A stretch of DNA of 63,141 bases, counting the filler. It is 6 parts of 6 records of this genome, joined end to end, with 100 filler letters (N's around TTAATTAATTAA, not from the genome) between each part and the next. Parts side by side here need not be neighbours in the genome. Positions count along the whole stretch, not along the records: positions 9,873 to 19,161 come from SRR31156797_26806; positions 19,262 to 27,175 come from SRR31156797_26810; 4 more parts are not named here. One strand, written 5' to 3'. Below the pieces are notes generated by a model, which made no database searches, had not been told where the DNA came from, and saw only the letters and a list, made by a program, of their open reading frames with translations. Below are positions 9,875 to 19,262 of this stretch, in pieces. Made by a program: the position numbers and the translations under genes. Every line of letters starts with the position of its first letter. Position 1 is the stretch's first letter.

Positions 9875-10795
9875 ATCTCGGGGGTCCGGGCCATCGCGGA
9901 ACACCTAAAAATCCCCCTGGAAATCCTGGACTTAAGCGACATCTTCGAACGTGAACTGATGACCCCTTTCGTGGATGCCTACTTGAACGGACTCACGCCC
10001 AACCCGTGCGTTCGGTGCAATCCGACCATCAAGTTTGAACAGATGTACCATTATATGGTGCGGCATCAATTTCATTTCATGGCAACGGGTCATTACGTTC
10101 GCATCAAAAGGCCGGGGAAAAACAATCCCATGAGCCTGTGGAGAGGTAAAGACCGGAAAAAAGACCAGTCCTACTTCCTTCACCGGCTGAGCCAAAGGCA
10201 CCTCTCAAAAACCATTTTTCCCCTGGGCCATATGGCCAAAGCAGAAACCCGTATCCGGGCACGGGAACTGGGCATCCCCTGCCATGGGGACCGGGAAAGC
10301 CAGGAAATCTGTTTTATCCCGGGAATGGATTATCGGCATTTCATCGCATCGCGAAAAAACAACGCCCCTTTTAAAAAAGGCGACATCATCAATCTTGAAG
10401 GCGACACCCTAGGGGAACATGACGGCATTCACCGCTACACCGTCGGTCAGCGGCACGGGCTGGGGATCGCCTCTTCCAGGCCCTATTATGTCAAAGCCCT
10501 GGAACCGAAAGGGAATCGGGTAATCGTGGGACGGCGGGAGGATCTTTTTTCGAGTGAAGTATCCGCAACGGATTTTCACTGGATCAGCCCGTTTGAACCC
10601 GGTCGACATGAAGCCGTCAGCGCTCAGGTCCGCTACCGGCATAAACCCGCATCCGGGCGGCTGCAAGTACTCTCTTCCGCCCGCGTCAGATTTATCTTCG
10701 ACCAGCCCCAGATGGCCATAACGCCGGGGCAGGCCCTTGCCTGTTACGAAGGGGACCGGGTTCTCGGAGGAGGATGGATTGAGAAGGACATTTAA
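9875..10795 (+). CDS. mnmA: tRNA 2-thiouridine(34) synthase MnmA (5'-truncated)
   Basis: TPNPCVRCN, ATGHY, KDQSYFL, ESQEICF, YTVGQR.GLG, AITPGQ; frame open from contig start. Confidence 0.95.
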   Translation: MSGVRAIAEHLKIPLEILDLSDIFERELMTPFVDAYLNGLTPNPCVRCNPTIKFEQMYHYMVRHQFHFMATGHYVRIKRPGKNNPMSLWRGKDRKKDQSYFLHRLSQRHLSKTIFPLGHMAKAETRIRARELGIPCHGDRESQEICFIPGMDYRHFIASRKNNAPFKKGDIINLEGDTLGEHDGIHRYTVGQRHGLGIASSRPYYVKALEPKGNRVIVGRREDLFSSEVSATDFHWISPFEPGRHEAVSAQVRYRHKPASGRLQVLSSARVRFIFDQPQMAITPGQALACYEGDRVLGGGWIEKDI

Positions 10796-12140
10796 GATCA
10801 TCACACTCGGCTGCAAGGTAAATCAATACGAATCCGCGTTTATGGCCGAATCCTTAAGCCGGGCAGGATGGCACAGGGCAGCCCATGAGGCATCAGCCGA
10901 TGTTCTGGTGATCAATACCTGCATCGTCACCCACAAGGGGGCGCACCAGTCCCGGCAGGCGATCCGCAAAGCCATTCGGGAAAACCCGGGAAGCCTTGTT
11001 GCGGCCATCGGCTGCTATGCGCAGATGTTTCCCGAAGAACTTGAGGCCATTGACGGTCTCGATTTTATCGCCAACAACCGGGTCAAGGCTCAAATCCCCC
11101 GGCTCTTGATGGAACTCTCTTTTCGCAAAGAAAAAACCCTTGTCCTGCCGCCTTTTGAACCCGAAACACCCTTTGATCCCCTTGACATTGAGAACTTCCC
11201 GGGCCGAACCCGGGCTTACCTGAAGATCCAGGATGGCTGCCGGTCTTTCTGTTCCTATTGCATCGTCCCTTACGCCAGGGGGCCCTATCGAAGCCTGGAG
11301 CCTGAAAAAGTCATTGGGGCGCTGGAAAGGTTTGCGGAACGGGGATACCGGGAAGTGGTGCTGACGGGGATCCACCTGGGAAAATACGGGGTGGATCTGT
11401 CAGGCCGAATGAATCTTACGGGGTTGCTTCAAAGTGTGGGTAAAGAAGGCTTCCCCCTTCGGTTGAGGCTGAGTTCCCTGGAACCCCGGGAACTGGATGT
11501 GAACATCATTGAGATGGCCGCTTCTGAAAAATGGCTCTGCCCCCATTTTCACATCCCCCTTCAAAGCGGGGATGATCAAATTCTAAAAAGAATGAATCGC
11601 CATTATACCGCAAAGGAATTTTCTGAAAAAATCAAAGCCATTCATGCCGCCATCCCCCGGGGTGCCATCGGGGTGGATATCATGGCCGGATTTCCGGGAG
11701 AAAACAACACCGCCCATGCAAACGGCGTTTCACTCCTGCGGGATCTGCCCGTCTCTTACCTGCACGTGTTCCCCTTTTCACCCAGGAAGGGAACACCGGC
11801 CTGGCATTTCAAGGACAAAGTAGACATTGATACCATCAAACAACGGGCTTCGGCCCTTAGGGCTCTTGGACAAGAAAAACGGATGCTGTTTTATGGAAGT
11901 TGCCTGGACCACGTCTTTGATGTACTGGTGGAAGGCCCCCATGCCAAGGATAAGACCCTCATGACAGGGGCCGGCGAGAATTATCTTCCATTTGTGTTTC
12001 CCGATGACAAACGGTTGCGGGGTCATGTGCTACGGATGAGAGCCGTGGGAATTGCAGGAGATAAGGTTCTGGGAAAAATTCAAAAACCACAGTCAACAAT
12101 TAAAGATCGAACCAACGCAGTACGGTCGGTAGAAACATGA
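10779..12140 (+). CDS. mtaB: tRNA t6A37 methylthiotransferase MtaB
   Basis: TLGCKVNQYES, INTC, GCYAQ, radical SAM CRSFCSYC after KIQDG, HVFPFSPRKGT; probable TTG start at 10779 with GGAGG RBS. Confidence 0.92.
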   Translation: MRRTFKIITLGCKVNQYESAFMAESLSRAGWHRAAHEASADVLVINTCIVTHKGAHQSRQAIRKAIRENPGSLVAAIGCYAQMFPEELEAIDGLDFIANNRVKAQIPRLLMELSFRKEKTLVLPPFEPETPFDPLDIENFPGRTRAYLKIQDGCRSFCSYCIVPYARGPYRSLEPEKVIGALERFAERGYREVVLTGIHLGKYGVDLSGRMNLTGLLQSVGKEGFPLRLRLSSLEPRELDVNIIEMAASEKWLCPHFHIPLQSGDDQILKRMNRHYTAKEFSEKIKAIHAAIPRGAIGVDIMAGFPGENNTAHANGVSLLRDLPVSYLHVFPFSPRKGTPAWHFKDKVDIDTIKQRASALRALGQEKRMLFYGSCLDHVFDVLVEGPHAKDKTLMTGAGENYLPFVFPDDKRLRGHVLRMRAVGIAGDKVLGKIQKPQSTIKDRTNAVRSVET

Positions 12141-13701
12141 GAAACAGGGTCCCCATGAGGAGTAATAATAATGGCGGCAGACCCAGTCCGGCAGGAAGAA
12201 ATCCAAAAAGAACGGCGATAACGGCGGTGATCAGTGCAAATGGAATTTGCGTTCGGATGTGGTCGTGCGGCTCCACGCCGCAGGAAATCGATGAGATGAT
12301 CGTTGTATCGCTGAATGGGGAGCAGTGATCGCCAAAAACAGCGCCGCTGAAAACCGCCGCCGTTGAAATCTGTAAATAGGTCTCCTGCCATGCGGGATCT
12401 CCTGCCCGGCACGCCGTTGCGGCCATGGGTATGGCCAGCGGAAAAAGAATCCCCATGGTCCCCCAGGACGTCCCGGTGGAAAAAGAGATCAGGGAACCGG
12501 TCACGAATATCAACGAGGGGATGAGAACCGCGGCGTCGGTTTTTGACATCAGGGATGAAAGATATTCCGCGGTTTTCAATTCGCCTAAGACACTCCCGAT
12601 CATCCAGGCCGCCACCAATATGAAGATGGGGCCCATGAGGGACCGGACACCCTCTTGAAACGCAAGGACTCCCTGAAGGCGGTATCCGGTTTTCCGACGC
12701 GGGAAAAGGAGTACGGCCACGCATGACGCCATCAGGGAGGATAGCACCAGCACAAGCGGGCCGGCGCTTGAACCGAAAGCCGAGGTGATCTTTATAATCG
12801 TTACGGGCCACTTGGGCCCGGGGCTCCCCAAGAGATAAAACCCCAGAAAGAACAATAAAATAAGGGTTATCAGCGGAATAAATACGGTATGTATCCCCGC
12901 AACATTTTCTTTAATACGCTGCGGTTCTTCTTTGATGGCGGCGTTGAGGGTCCGGGCCTCCTTTTCAAAGGTCTCCATGGGGCCCGGATTGAAACGCCTG
13001 AGGATGGAGACAAACAGCATCACCAGTGTAAACCAGCAATAGAAATTAAAGGGTATGGATTTGACAAACATCAGATACGGATTGATGTCGCGCCCGGCAA
13101 GCCGGTACCCCTCTTTGATCATGCTCAACTGGTAGGCAATCCAGGTGGAGATAAACGCAACACACGCCACGGCCGATGAGGTGGCGTCAACGATATAGGC
13201 GAGTTTGACCCGCGACACGCCACATTTTTCCGCCATATCCTTACAGACGCGCCCCACCAGCATGCTGTTGGCCAAACCGTCAAAAAAGCAGATGATGCCA
13301 AGGCCCGCTGCCGCGGTCTGAAAGCGCCTGGCGGTTTTTTCCCTTTTCCGCACAAAGTAATGGAGCACGGCCTGAAATCCGGTACCCTCATTCAGCACGG
13401 CGGCAAAGCCTCCGAGGACAAGGGTGAACAGTATGGCGCCCACCTTCCATGAACTCGTAAGACTCGGTGCCAGATGACGGGCAAAGAGGTCAAGATAAGC
13501 CTGCCATGGATTCCCATTGCAGAGGATGAGCGCCCCTGAAAAGGCACCGATCAGCAGGCCCCAAAAGGCCCGGCGGGTGATCACCACAAGCACCAATGCC
13601 ACGATGACGGGCCAGACGGTTTTAAGGGGAGTATCCAGTGCCCATACAACCCAGGTAAGGGCAAATACGCCTGTCCCCAGCATTAGTTTCCGTTTATTCA
13701 T
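12100..13701 (-). CDS. Na+/H+ antiporter NhaC-family transporter
   Basis: Many TM helices; FFD, YIVDATS, STGTSWGT, GAVFGDHCSPFSDTTIISS motifs. Confidence 0.9.
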   Translation of the reverse strand: MNKRKLMLGTGVFALTWVVWALDTPLKTVWPVIVALVLVVITRRAFWGLLIGAFSGALILCNGNPWQAYLDLFARHLAPSLTSSWKVGAILFTLVLGGFAAVLNEGTGFQAVLHYFVRKREKTARRFQTAAAGLGIICFFDGLANSMLVGRVCKDMAEKCGVSRVKLAYIVDATSSAVACVAFISTWIAYQLSMIKEGYRLAGRDINPYLMFVKSIPFNFYCWFTLVMLFVSILRRFNPGPMETFEKEARTLNAAIKEEPQRIKENVAGIHTVFIPLITLILLFFLGFYLLGSPGPKWPVTIIKITSAFGSSAGPLVLVLSSLMASCVAVLLFPRRKTGYRLQGVLAFQEGVRSLMGPIFILVAAWMIGSVLGELKTAEYLSSLMSKTDAAVLIPSLIFVTGSLISFSTGTSWGTMGILFPLAIPMAATACRAGDPAWQETYLQISTAAVFSGAVFGDHCSPFSDTTIISSISCGVEPHDHIRTQIPFALITAVIAVLFGFLPAGLGLPPLLLLLMGTLFLMFLPTVLRWFDL

Positions 13702-13985
13702 CCTTCTCCTGAAAAATCTCCTTTCAGACTGACATGGCTGTGAATACGTATTTATATCTACCGTCGTTTATATGGTATTCTACAGAATTGTGGGAAAATC
13801 ACGCAACATAACAATGACTACTGGAAACAGTCGTTTTGTGCTGATTCACAAGGAATATATCACTGTCGATTCGCATATGCAAGCTAGACATACTCCCTAC
13901 GGGGTACCGCCACCCGACAGCTCTCCCCAGACACGCAACATAACGTCCCCTGTTTGCTATTATTTCATTTCGAGGAAAAAAGAAC

Positions 13986-14036
13986 TTGACTCATAGTAAT
14001 ACGAAGTAATAATATTGGTAATACGATGTAATAATA
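13986..14036 (+). promoter_or_regulatory. Sigma-70 promoter overlapped by tandem operator-like repeats
   Basis: TTGACT at 13986; GTAATACGAAGTAATAATA (13996-14014) and GTAATACGATGTAATAATA (14018-14036), giving four GTAATA units. Confidence 0.7.
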
Positions 14037-14091
14037 AAAGAGAGTAAATTCAAAATTTCAAAATCCGGGTTGGGTATGGAGGACGCACACC

Positions 14092-14388
14092 ATGAAAAAA
14101 GCCAAACATGAGATCATCACCTTCAAGGCGGACGCTTCCCTACTGGAAGCCATGAAAGGGATCCCGAATCGATCCGAATTCATCAGAAATGCAATTTTGG
14201 CAGCTCTTGAGAGTGCCTGCCCTCTATGTAGCGGTACGGGAGTTCTCACGCCGCAGCAAAAAGAACACCTGCAGGACTTCCTGGTGGATCATTCCCTGCA
14301 GGAATGCGAAAAATGCCATGATCTACGCTTCATCTGTCCTCACGGTTCTGAAAAGAATTTCAAAAAGGACTTTCCCAATTGCGGATAA
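14092..14388 (+). CDS. CopG/ribbon-helix-helix regulator with Cys/His-rich C-terminal domain
   Basis: IITFKAD...NRSEFIRNAI RHH signature; CPLC, HSLQECEKCH, ICPH; GGAGG RBS. Confidence 0.8.
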   Translation: MKKAKHEIITFKADASLLEAMKGIPNRSEFIRNAILAALESACPLCSGTGVLTPQQKEHLQDFLVDHSLQECEKCHDLRFICPHGSEKNFKKDFPNCG

Positions 14389-14424
14389 TCCGGAATAAGG
14401 GCCTTGCTGATGGAAACATGATCC

Positions 14425-14802
14425 ATGTTGCTTTCAAAACGCCTCATTCAGATAATCGGATGGCTTCCCATTCTGGCACTTGCGTATGGGGTCGCAGGGC
14501 TTCCGCTCATTCATCCCTTTTTTCACCATCCTTACGAAAAGCGCCGCCACCTTGCAGGGCGTCATGATCTCAACCGGGCATTCTCAAATGACGAGCGACC
14601 CCTGAAAGAGCTGCAACGGCACTCGAATTGCCGCATCTGCTCATTTTTACAGGGTTTTCACGGCAATCACCCGGCCACGTTCTCCATTGAGGGTTTCGAG
14701 CAATTTCCATGGAAAATCAACCTGCCCCTTGACGCCTCTCTCATAAAACGCTTCGAGCATTGGAATCTTCTTCCCAGGCCACCTCCGACGCCTATGGCAT
14801 AA
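14425..14802 (+). CDS. DUF2946-like (CruR/CutF-type) His/Cys-rich upstream protein
   Basis: N-terminal hydrophobic helix, HPFFHH, CRIC, C-terminal PRPPP; directly upstream of a TonB receptor. Confidence 0.7.
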   Translation: MLLSKRLIQIIGWLPILALAYGVAGLPLIHPFFHHPYEKRRHLAGRHDLNRAFSNDERPLKELQRHSNCRICSFLQGFHGNHPATFSIEGFEQFPWKINLPLDASLIKRFEHWNLLPRPPPTPMA

Positions 14803-15004
14803 CCCACTCTTCATAGATTTTTTTGTTTAATCAATCCGTCCTTTCCCTTTTTCTCTCAAAAAGGGTCACCCCTATGGGCGTGATGGATCACTTTGCCCGG
14901 CGCCGTCGGGAAGAGAATGGAACTTCACTGTTCAAATTACAAAACAGTAGGGTCATGAATCGGCAAAATGAGATATTGCCGACTCCATATGGAGGCCTAA
15001 GCAC

Positions 15005-17038
15005 ATGGATATGTTAAAAATAAAGTTAATAACCGGATTACTTCTGTTCGTTCCGACGATTTTGCCCGTTTTTGCCGGCAACACATCCCATGCAGGCGCC
15101 GTCAAATTGGAAACCATTGTCGTGTCTGCCCCTAATGAGCAGGAAACCGAAGAGACAATCGACGGTAAAACGCTGAAAACCCACAAAATTGTGGACCTTG
15201 CCGAAACCCTTTCCAATGAAATGATTGAGGCGGCCCTGGTCCGGAAATCCATGTACGGCAATGAGGTTTCCATCAGGGGCTTTGGGAAATCCAATCTCAG
15301 GGTATTGATTGACGGCACGGTTATTGAAGGCGCCTGCGGGGGAAGAAAGGACCCCTCCCTGTCGCTTCTCAGTACCCTGGCCATTGAAAAGCTGGTGGTC
15401 AGAGAGGGCCCCTTTGATGTGTCGGAACCCGGCGCCCTGGGCGGCAGCATTGACGTGGTTAAGAAAAGACCCGAAAAGGGGTTTCACGGTGAAATCAATG
15501 TCAAAGGCGGACGGTTTGATTACCTGAACGCGGGCGGGTACCTCACCGGAGGCAACCATATGATCCAGGGGCTGGGCGGATATAACTTTTCTCAATCCGA
15601 CCAGTACAAAGACGGGGATGGAAATTCCCTCAGCAGTTTTGCATTGCCCGAATATGCCTATAAACCGGAATACCTCAATATGAAGGCATTCAAGAAACAG
15701 GATGCCATCGCCGAACTTCAGTTTACGCCCACGGAAAACCAGACAATCCTGTTGTCGCAGATATTCAGCAAGGGCGAGGACATCATGTCCCCGAGATTCG
15801 GATGGGACATCAAGGAGGAAAAGGCCTATTTGACAAGCGGCGAATATGTCGTCGCCGGCGCCGGCCGGTTTTCGGATCAACTGACATTACAATTGTATCG
15901 CAACCGGGTTGAGCATTACCCCACCACCCAATTCAGGGTCACCAGCGACGTTGCGCTCATGAATAATGACGTTATCTCGACCATAACGGGGGGGAAAATA
16001 GAGAATGCACATCTGACGGACTTTGCGGATGTGACGTACGGCATAGATGCCTACAAACGGCACTGGTTCGGCGATGTGTACAAAAATGGGATTCTGGTTA
16101 ACGGAGAGCTCATCCCCGATGTGAATACGGTTCAAACGGGGCTCTTCATCAAAGCCGAAAAAGATGTGGATGAATGGTTTCTGGGCGTGGGCCTTAGGGG
16201 AGACCGCTACGAAACCAAAGCCAAGGAAAACCTCAAGTTCAGTTCCCGGACCACATCCACCAACCGGAATGAGGATTTTCTGCCAAGCGGTTACGCAACC
16301 GCAAGATATTATTTTACGGACAAAATGCATATGTTCGGGGGAATCGGCCACAGCGTACGGATCCCCACGGCCGTGGAACGATACATTCAGGGCTCCCCCA
16401 CTTTCTTCGGCAACCCGGACCTCAAACCGACCAGAAACACCGAGTTGGATCTGGGGTTCGGTATGATGACCCAAAGATTGAATCTAAAAGCAAAGGTCTT
16501 CTACAGTGATCTCAAGGACTATATTTACCAGGAGCAGCGAACGCCGGGAACAATTTCCTGGACCAATATCAATGCACATATCTTCGGCGGCGATATCAAA
16601 GCACGGGTGCATATTGTTCATGGTTTTTCCGTGGAGGGTGCCATTGCCTATCAAAGGGGTAAGAAGGATTCACAACCGAACTACAATTATGACGACAACC
16701 TCGCGGAAATTCCGCCCCTTAAAACCAAACTGGCCCTTCATTATGAATCGGACGGTTTCTTCGGGCTCATGGAGTGGATCCATTCAAACAAATACAGCCA
16801 TGCGGATACGGATGCCGGAGAAAAGGAACTTCCCGCCTGGAATGTGTTGAATATCCGGGCAGGCTATACGTTCAATGAATATCTGGCACTCAATGTGGGA
16901 GTTGACAATGTCTTTGACGCGGCCTACGCCGTTGCCAACTCATACGAGCGGGATCCACTCACTCCGGGGGCGCCCCATGTGGCCATCGTAAACGAACCGG
17001 GACGATTCTATTACGCCAGTCTGAGTTTCAGATTCTGA
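15005..17038 (+). CDS. TonB-dependent receptor, OprC/NosA-like metal receptor
   Basis: Signal peptide, TonB box ETIVVSA, plug IRGF..IDG, GACGGRKDP, GNPDLKP, C-terminal Phe (FRF). Confidence 0.92.
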   Translation: MDMLKIKLITGLLLFVPTILPVFAGNTSHAGAVKLETIVVSAPNEQETEETIDGKTLKTHKIVDLAETLSNEMIEAALVRKSMYGNEVSIRGFGKSNLRVLIDGTVIEGACGGRKDPSLSLLSTLAIEKLVVREGPFDVSEPGALGGSIDVVKKRPEKGFHGEINVKGGRFDYLNAGGYLTGGNHMIQGLGGYNFSQSDQYKDGDGNSLSSFALPEYAYKPEYLNMKAFKKQDAIAELQFTPTENQTILLSQIFSKGEDIMSPRFGWDIKEEKAYLTSGEYVVAGAGRFSDQLTLQLYRNRVEHYPTTQFRVTSDVALMNNDVISTITGGKIENAHLTDFADVTYGIDAYKRHWFGDVYKNGILVNGELIPDVNTVQTGLFIKAEKDVDEWFLGVGLRGDRYETKAKENLKFSSRTTSTNRNEDFLPSGYATARYYFTDKMHMFGGIGHSVRIPTAVERYIQGSPTFFGNPDLKPTRNTELDLGFGMMTQRLNLKAKVFYSDLKDYIYQEQRTPGTISWTNINAHIFGGDIKARVHIVHGFSVEGAIAYQRGKKDSQPNYNYDDNLAEIPPLKTKLALHYESDGFFGLMEWIHSNKYSHADTDAGEKELPAWNVLNIRAGYTFNEYLALNVGVDNVFDAAYAVANSYERDPLTPGAPHVAIVNEPGRFYYASLSFRF

Positions 17039-17134
17039 GATAATGTTTAGAAGGATGAGCCGGTCTCAAAATGTTCGATTTTGTTCGAGGCTAAGGAGGG
17101 CTAACATTGTAACCGAATGGGTTCTTTCCGCTTT

Positions 17135-17677
17135 TTATTTCCTCATTCCCGCCTCGAAAAAAACGTGAACTTCCCCCTCACATGCCCCCTTTTCATGCAT
17201 GGGGCACCCTTCGATTACGGGTTGTATGGAATATCTGACACCCAAGACTTCCAGCCAACATTCAATTCGGTACATCACTCCGCAACGGTATCCATCGATG
17301 ACGCCGATCTGTTTCATTCCCTTGTAAGCGAAGCATTGCAGGCGCTCCCATTTCCAGCGGATCAAATTTACGGCAGGTGAGGTGAAATGTAGTTTCTTGA
17401 AAACCGAATCCGGCAAAGTCAGTTCCAGGGCTGGCATCAGAAATTGCATGAGGTCGTCAAAAGTTTCGAATTTATTCCGGGCCATCCCCAAAAGCCGTTT
17501 CATTCTATCCACCTCAATGGGTGCCAGGGATTTTATGGCCGCTTTGTTTAATGCATTCGCTTTTTCTATCCCAAATTCATGGCAAGCGTAATAAAACCAC
17601 ATACCATCATGGGTTAGCCATCCCTTTCCCAGTAAATCCCTGATTTCCGTTTTTTCAATTCCGTCGAGTACGCCCAT
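17135..17677 (-). CDS. DUF6125-like conserved hypothetical protein
   Basis: WLTHDGMWF motif and conserved Cys residues; probable ATG start at 17677 after a purine-rich RBS. Confidence 0.7.
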   Translation of the reverse strand: MGVLDGIEKTEIRDLLGKGWLTHDGMWFYYACHEFGIEKANALNKAAIKSLAPIEVDRMKRLLGMARNKFETFDDLMQFLMPALELTLPDSVFKKLHFTSPAVNLIRWKWERLQCFAYKGMKQIGVIDGYRCGVMYRIECWLEVLGVRYSIQPVIEGCPMHEKGACEGEVHVFFEAGMRK

Positions 17678-17779
17678 TCTTCCTTTCCTTTTACCGGAAT
17701 CCTTTTTATACCAAATCAAAATAACGTGGGCATAACCGGCCGAGAGGAAGCCCAGCGAAATCTCAATCACGATTCATGC

Positions 17780-18649
17780 CTAGCCGCTTCGCTGCCTCTC
17801 AGCGCAACAAAGCCGAGTGAAACCCGGGATATCAAGTTCATCCGCCCTTTTAGCCAGATAGAGTCTTCTGATGTCAGAGGCGGACAGGTCCTCGACAACG
17901 CGAAAACCGGTGGACCGCAGGATGTCTACCATGTTCTCCACATGAAGAAGCGTTCGCATCGGCTCATCTCGACGTGCGCCTCCTTTATCGAGTATTTCGA
18001 ATAGCCGTAAGTCTGCGGGCGACATGGTCGACTTGGGCTGAAAATAGTCGAAGACAATTCGGCTCCCCGGAGAACAAACTCCAGCCAGCGATGTGAACGC
18101 CTCCTCAATCGCTCCGCGGGTGAGATAGCAGATCGTACCGAGCCAGGACACGAAAGTTATGGCCTGGGGGTCGAATCCGCAGCCAGGCAGCACGTCAGTA
18201 AGAGACTCGCGCTCAAAATCAACCGGAATGAGGACAAGGTGGGACGGCAATTCACCCAGGCGTGATCGGATGCGGACTCCCTTCCATTGCTGTGTTGCGG
18301 GATGATCGAGCTCGAACACGGTGACCCCTGGCTCATTGTGACGGAGAGCCCAGCTGTCGAGGCCGGCCCCAAGGATTACGTACTGGCGACACCCGTCCTG
18401 TAAAAAATCGTTAAGGATATCCTCCGTATAGCGGCTCCGAACAACAACGAAGACGCTGATTGGCCGGACCTTGGCGAGAAGGGGTCGCCAGAAGAGCCAG
18501 CGAAGGGGAGCCACGTGAAGAATTACGCTCAATGGTGGACCGAGCAACCAGTTCGCGGCGCTATCCTCAAGGATGGGAGGTGAATCATACACAAAGTGGT
18601 ATGCCCTATGGGCTGCCGCGAACTGAGCAGTTCTGCTCTTAGATTTCAA
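17780..18649 (-). CDS. Class I SAM-dependent methyltransferase (leucine carboxyl methyltransferase-like)
   Basis: RTA..AA.RA, RSRYTED, QYVILGAGLDS, FELDHPATQ, SWLG..YL; probable TTG start at 18649 after AGGAGG. Confidence 0.9.
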   Translation of the reverse strand: MKSKSRTAQFAAAHRAYHFVYDSPPILEDSAANWLLGPPLSVILHVAPLRWLFWRPLLAKVRPISVFVVVRSRYTEDILNDFLQDGCRQYVILGAGLDSWALRHNEPGVTVFELDHPATQQWKGVRIRSRLGELPSHLVLIPVDFERESLTDVLPGCGFDPQAITFVSWLGTICYLTRGAIEEAFTSLAGVCSPGSRIVFDYFQPKSTMSPADLRLFEILDKGGARRDEPMRTLLHVENMVDILRSTGFRVVEDLSASDIRRLYLAKRADELDIPGFTRLCCAERQRSG

Positions 18650-18693
18650 TGATGTTCCTCCTGAATAATCAATGTGGCTTCTGGGTCGCCAAG

Positions 18694-19161
18694 TTAACCG
18701 TTGGAAATTTCGCAATAAACGTTCCAGAAATGGGTGTTTTGGGGCCTTAAAACGTCATTTTCACTCCCAAAATACTCCCTGTCCACTTCTCATCACGAGA
18801 ATAACGCCCCTCCTTCATTGATTCCTCAACCCATCCTCGATAGATATTGGCAAACCCGGGGGATGCCCTCGAAATTGAAAGCCTCCCGTAACCCGCCGAA
18901 ACCAATCCCATACCGCTGCTGAGATTTCACGATCTCATTGTCTCCACAATAAGGCCATTCCACAGGATGTTTCACAACTCCGGCTCTGACCATGTTCAGG
19001 TCCACATATACGAGACACTGAATCAAATGACGATCTGTTTCCACGGCCGTTGCATGATAACGATCTTCCCAATAGGCGCCTTTGCATTTCTTTCGCAGAT
19101 TGTATTCCTGCCCGGTTCGACCCGCGATTAATTGAATCGATTTGGGAATCGTCTCTCTATC
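18694..19161 (-). pseudogene. REP-associated tyrosine transposase (RAYT, Y1/IS200-like), 5'-truncated and frameshifted
   Basis: IQLIAGRTGQEYN..GAYWEDRYHATAVE..YVDLNMVRAGVV.HP.EW; continuation YRGWVEES..RDEKWTGSI lies in a shifted frame; a third-frame tail ends at 18694. Confidence 0.75.
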
Positions 19162-19261
19162 NNNNNNNNNNNNNNNNNNNNNNNNNNNNNNNNNNNNNNN
19201 NNNNNTTAATTAATTAANNNNNNNNNNNNNNNNNNNNNNNNNNNNNNNNNNNNNNNNNNNN
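19162..19261. other. Artificial contig linker
   Basis: N44-TTAATTAATTAA-N44. Confidence 0.98.
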
Positions 19262-19262
19262 T

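Noticed and set aside
12080-12811. 243-aa alternative-frame ORF within the NhaC gene
   Set aside because: Almost entirely overlaps a confident gene and has no recognisable domain
17056-17105. GAGCCGGTCTCAAAATGTTCGATTTTGTTCG as the end of a MITE-like repeat
   Set aside because: Single partial copy with no partner end in the window; cannot be supported without a search
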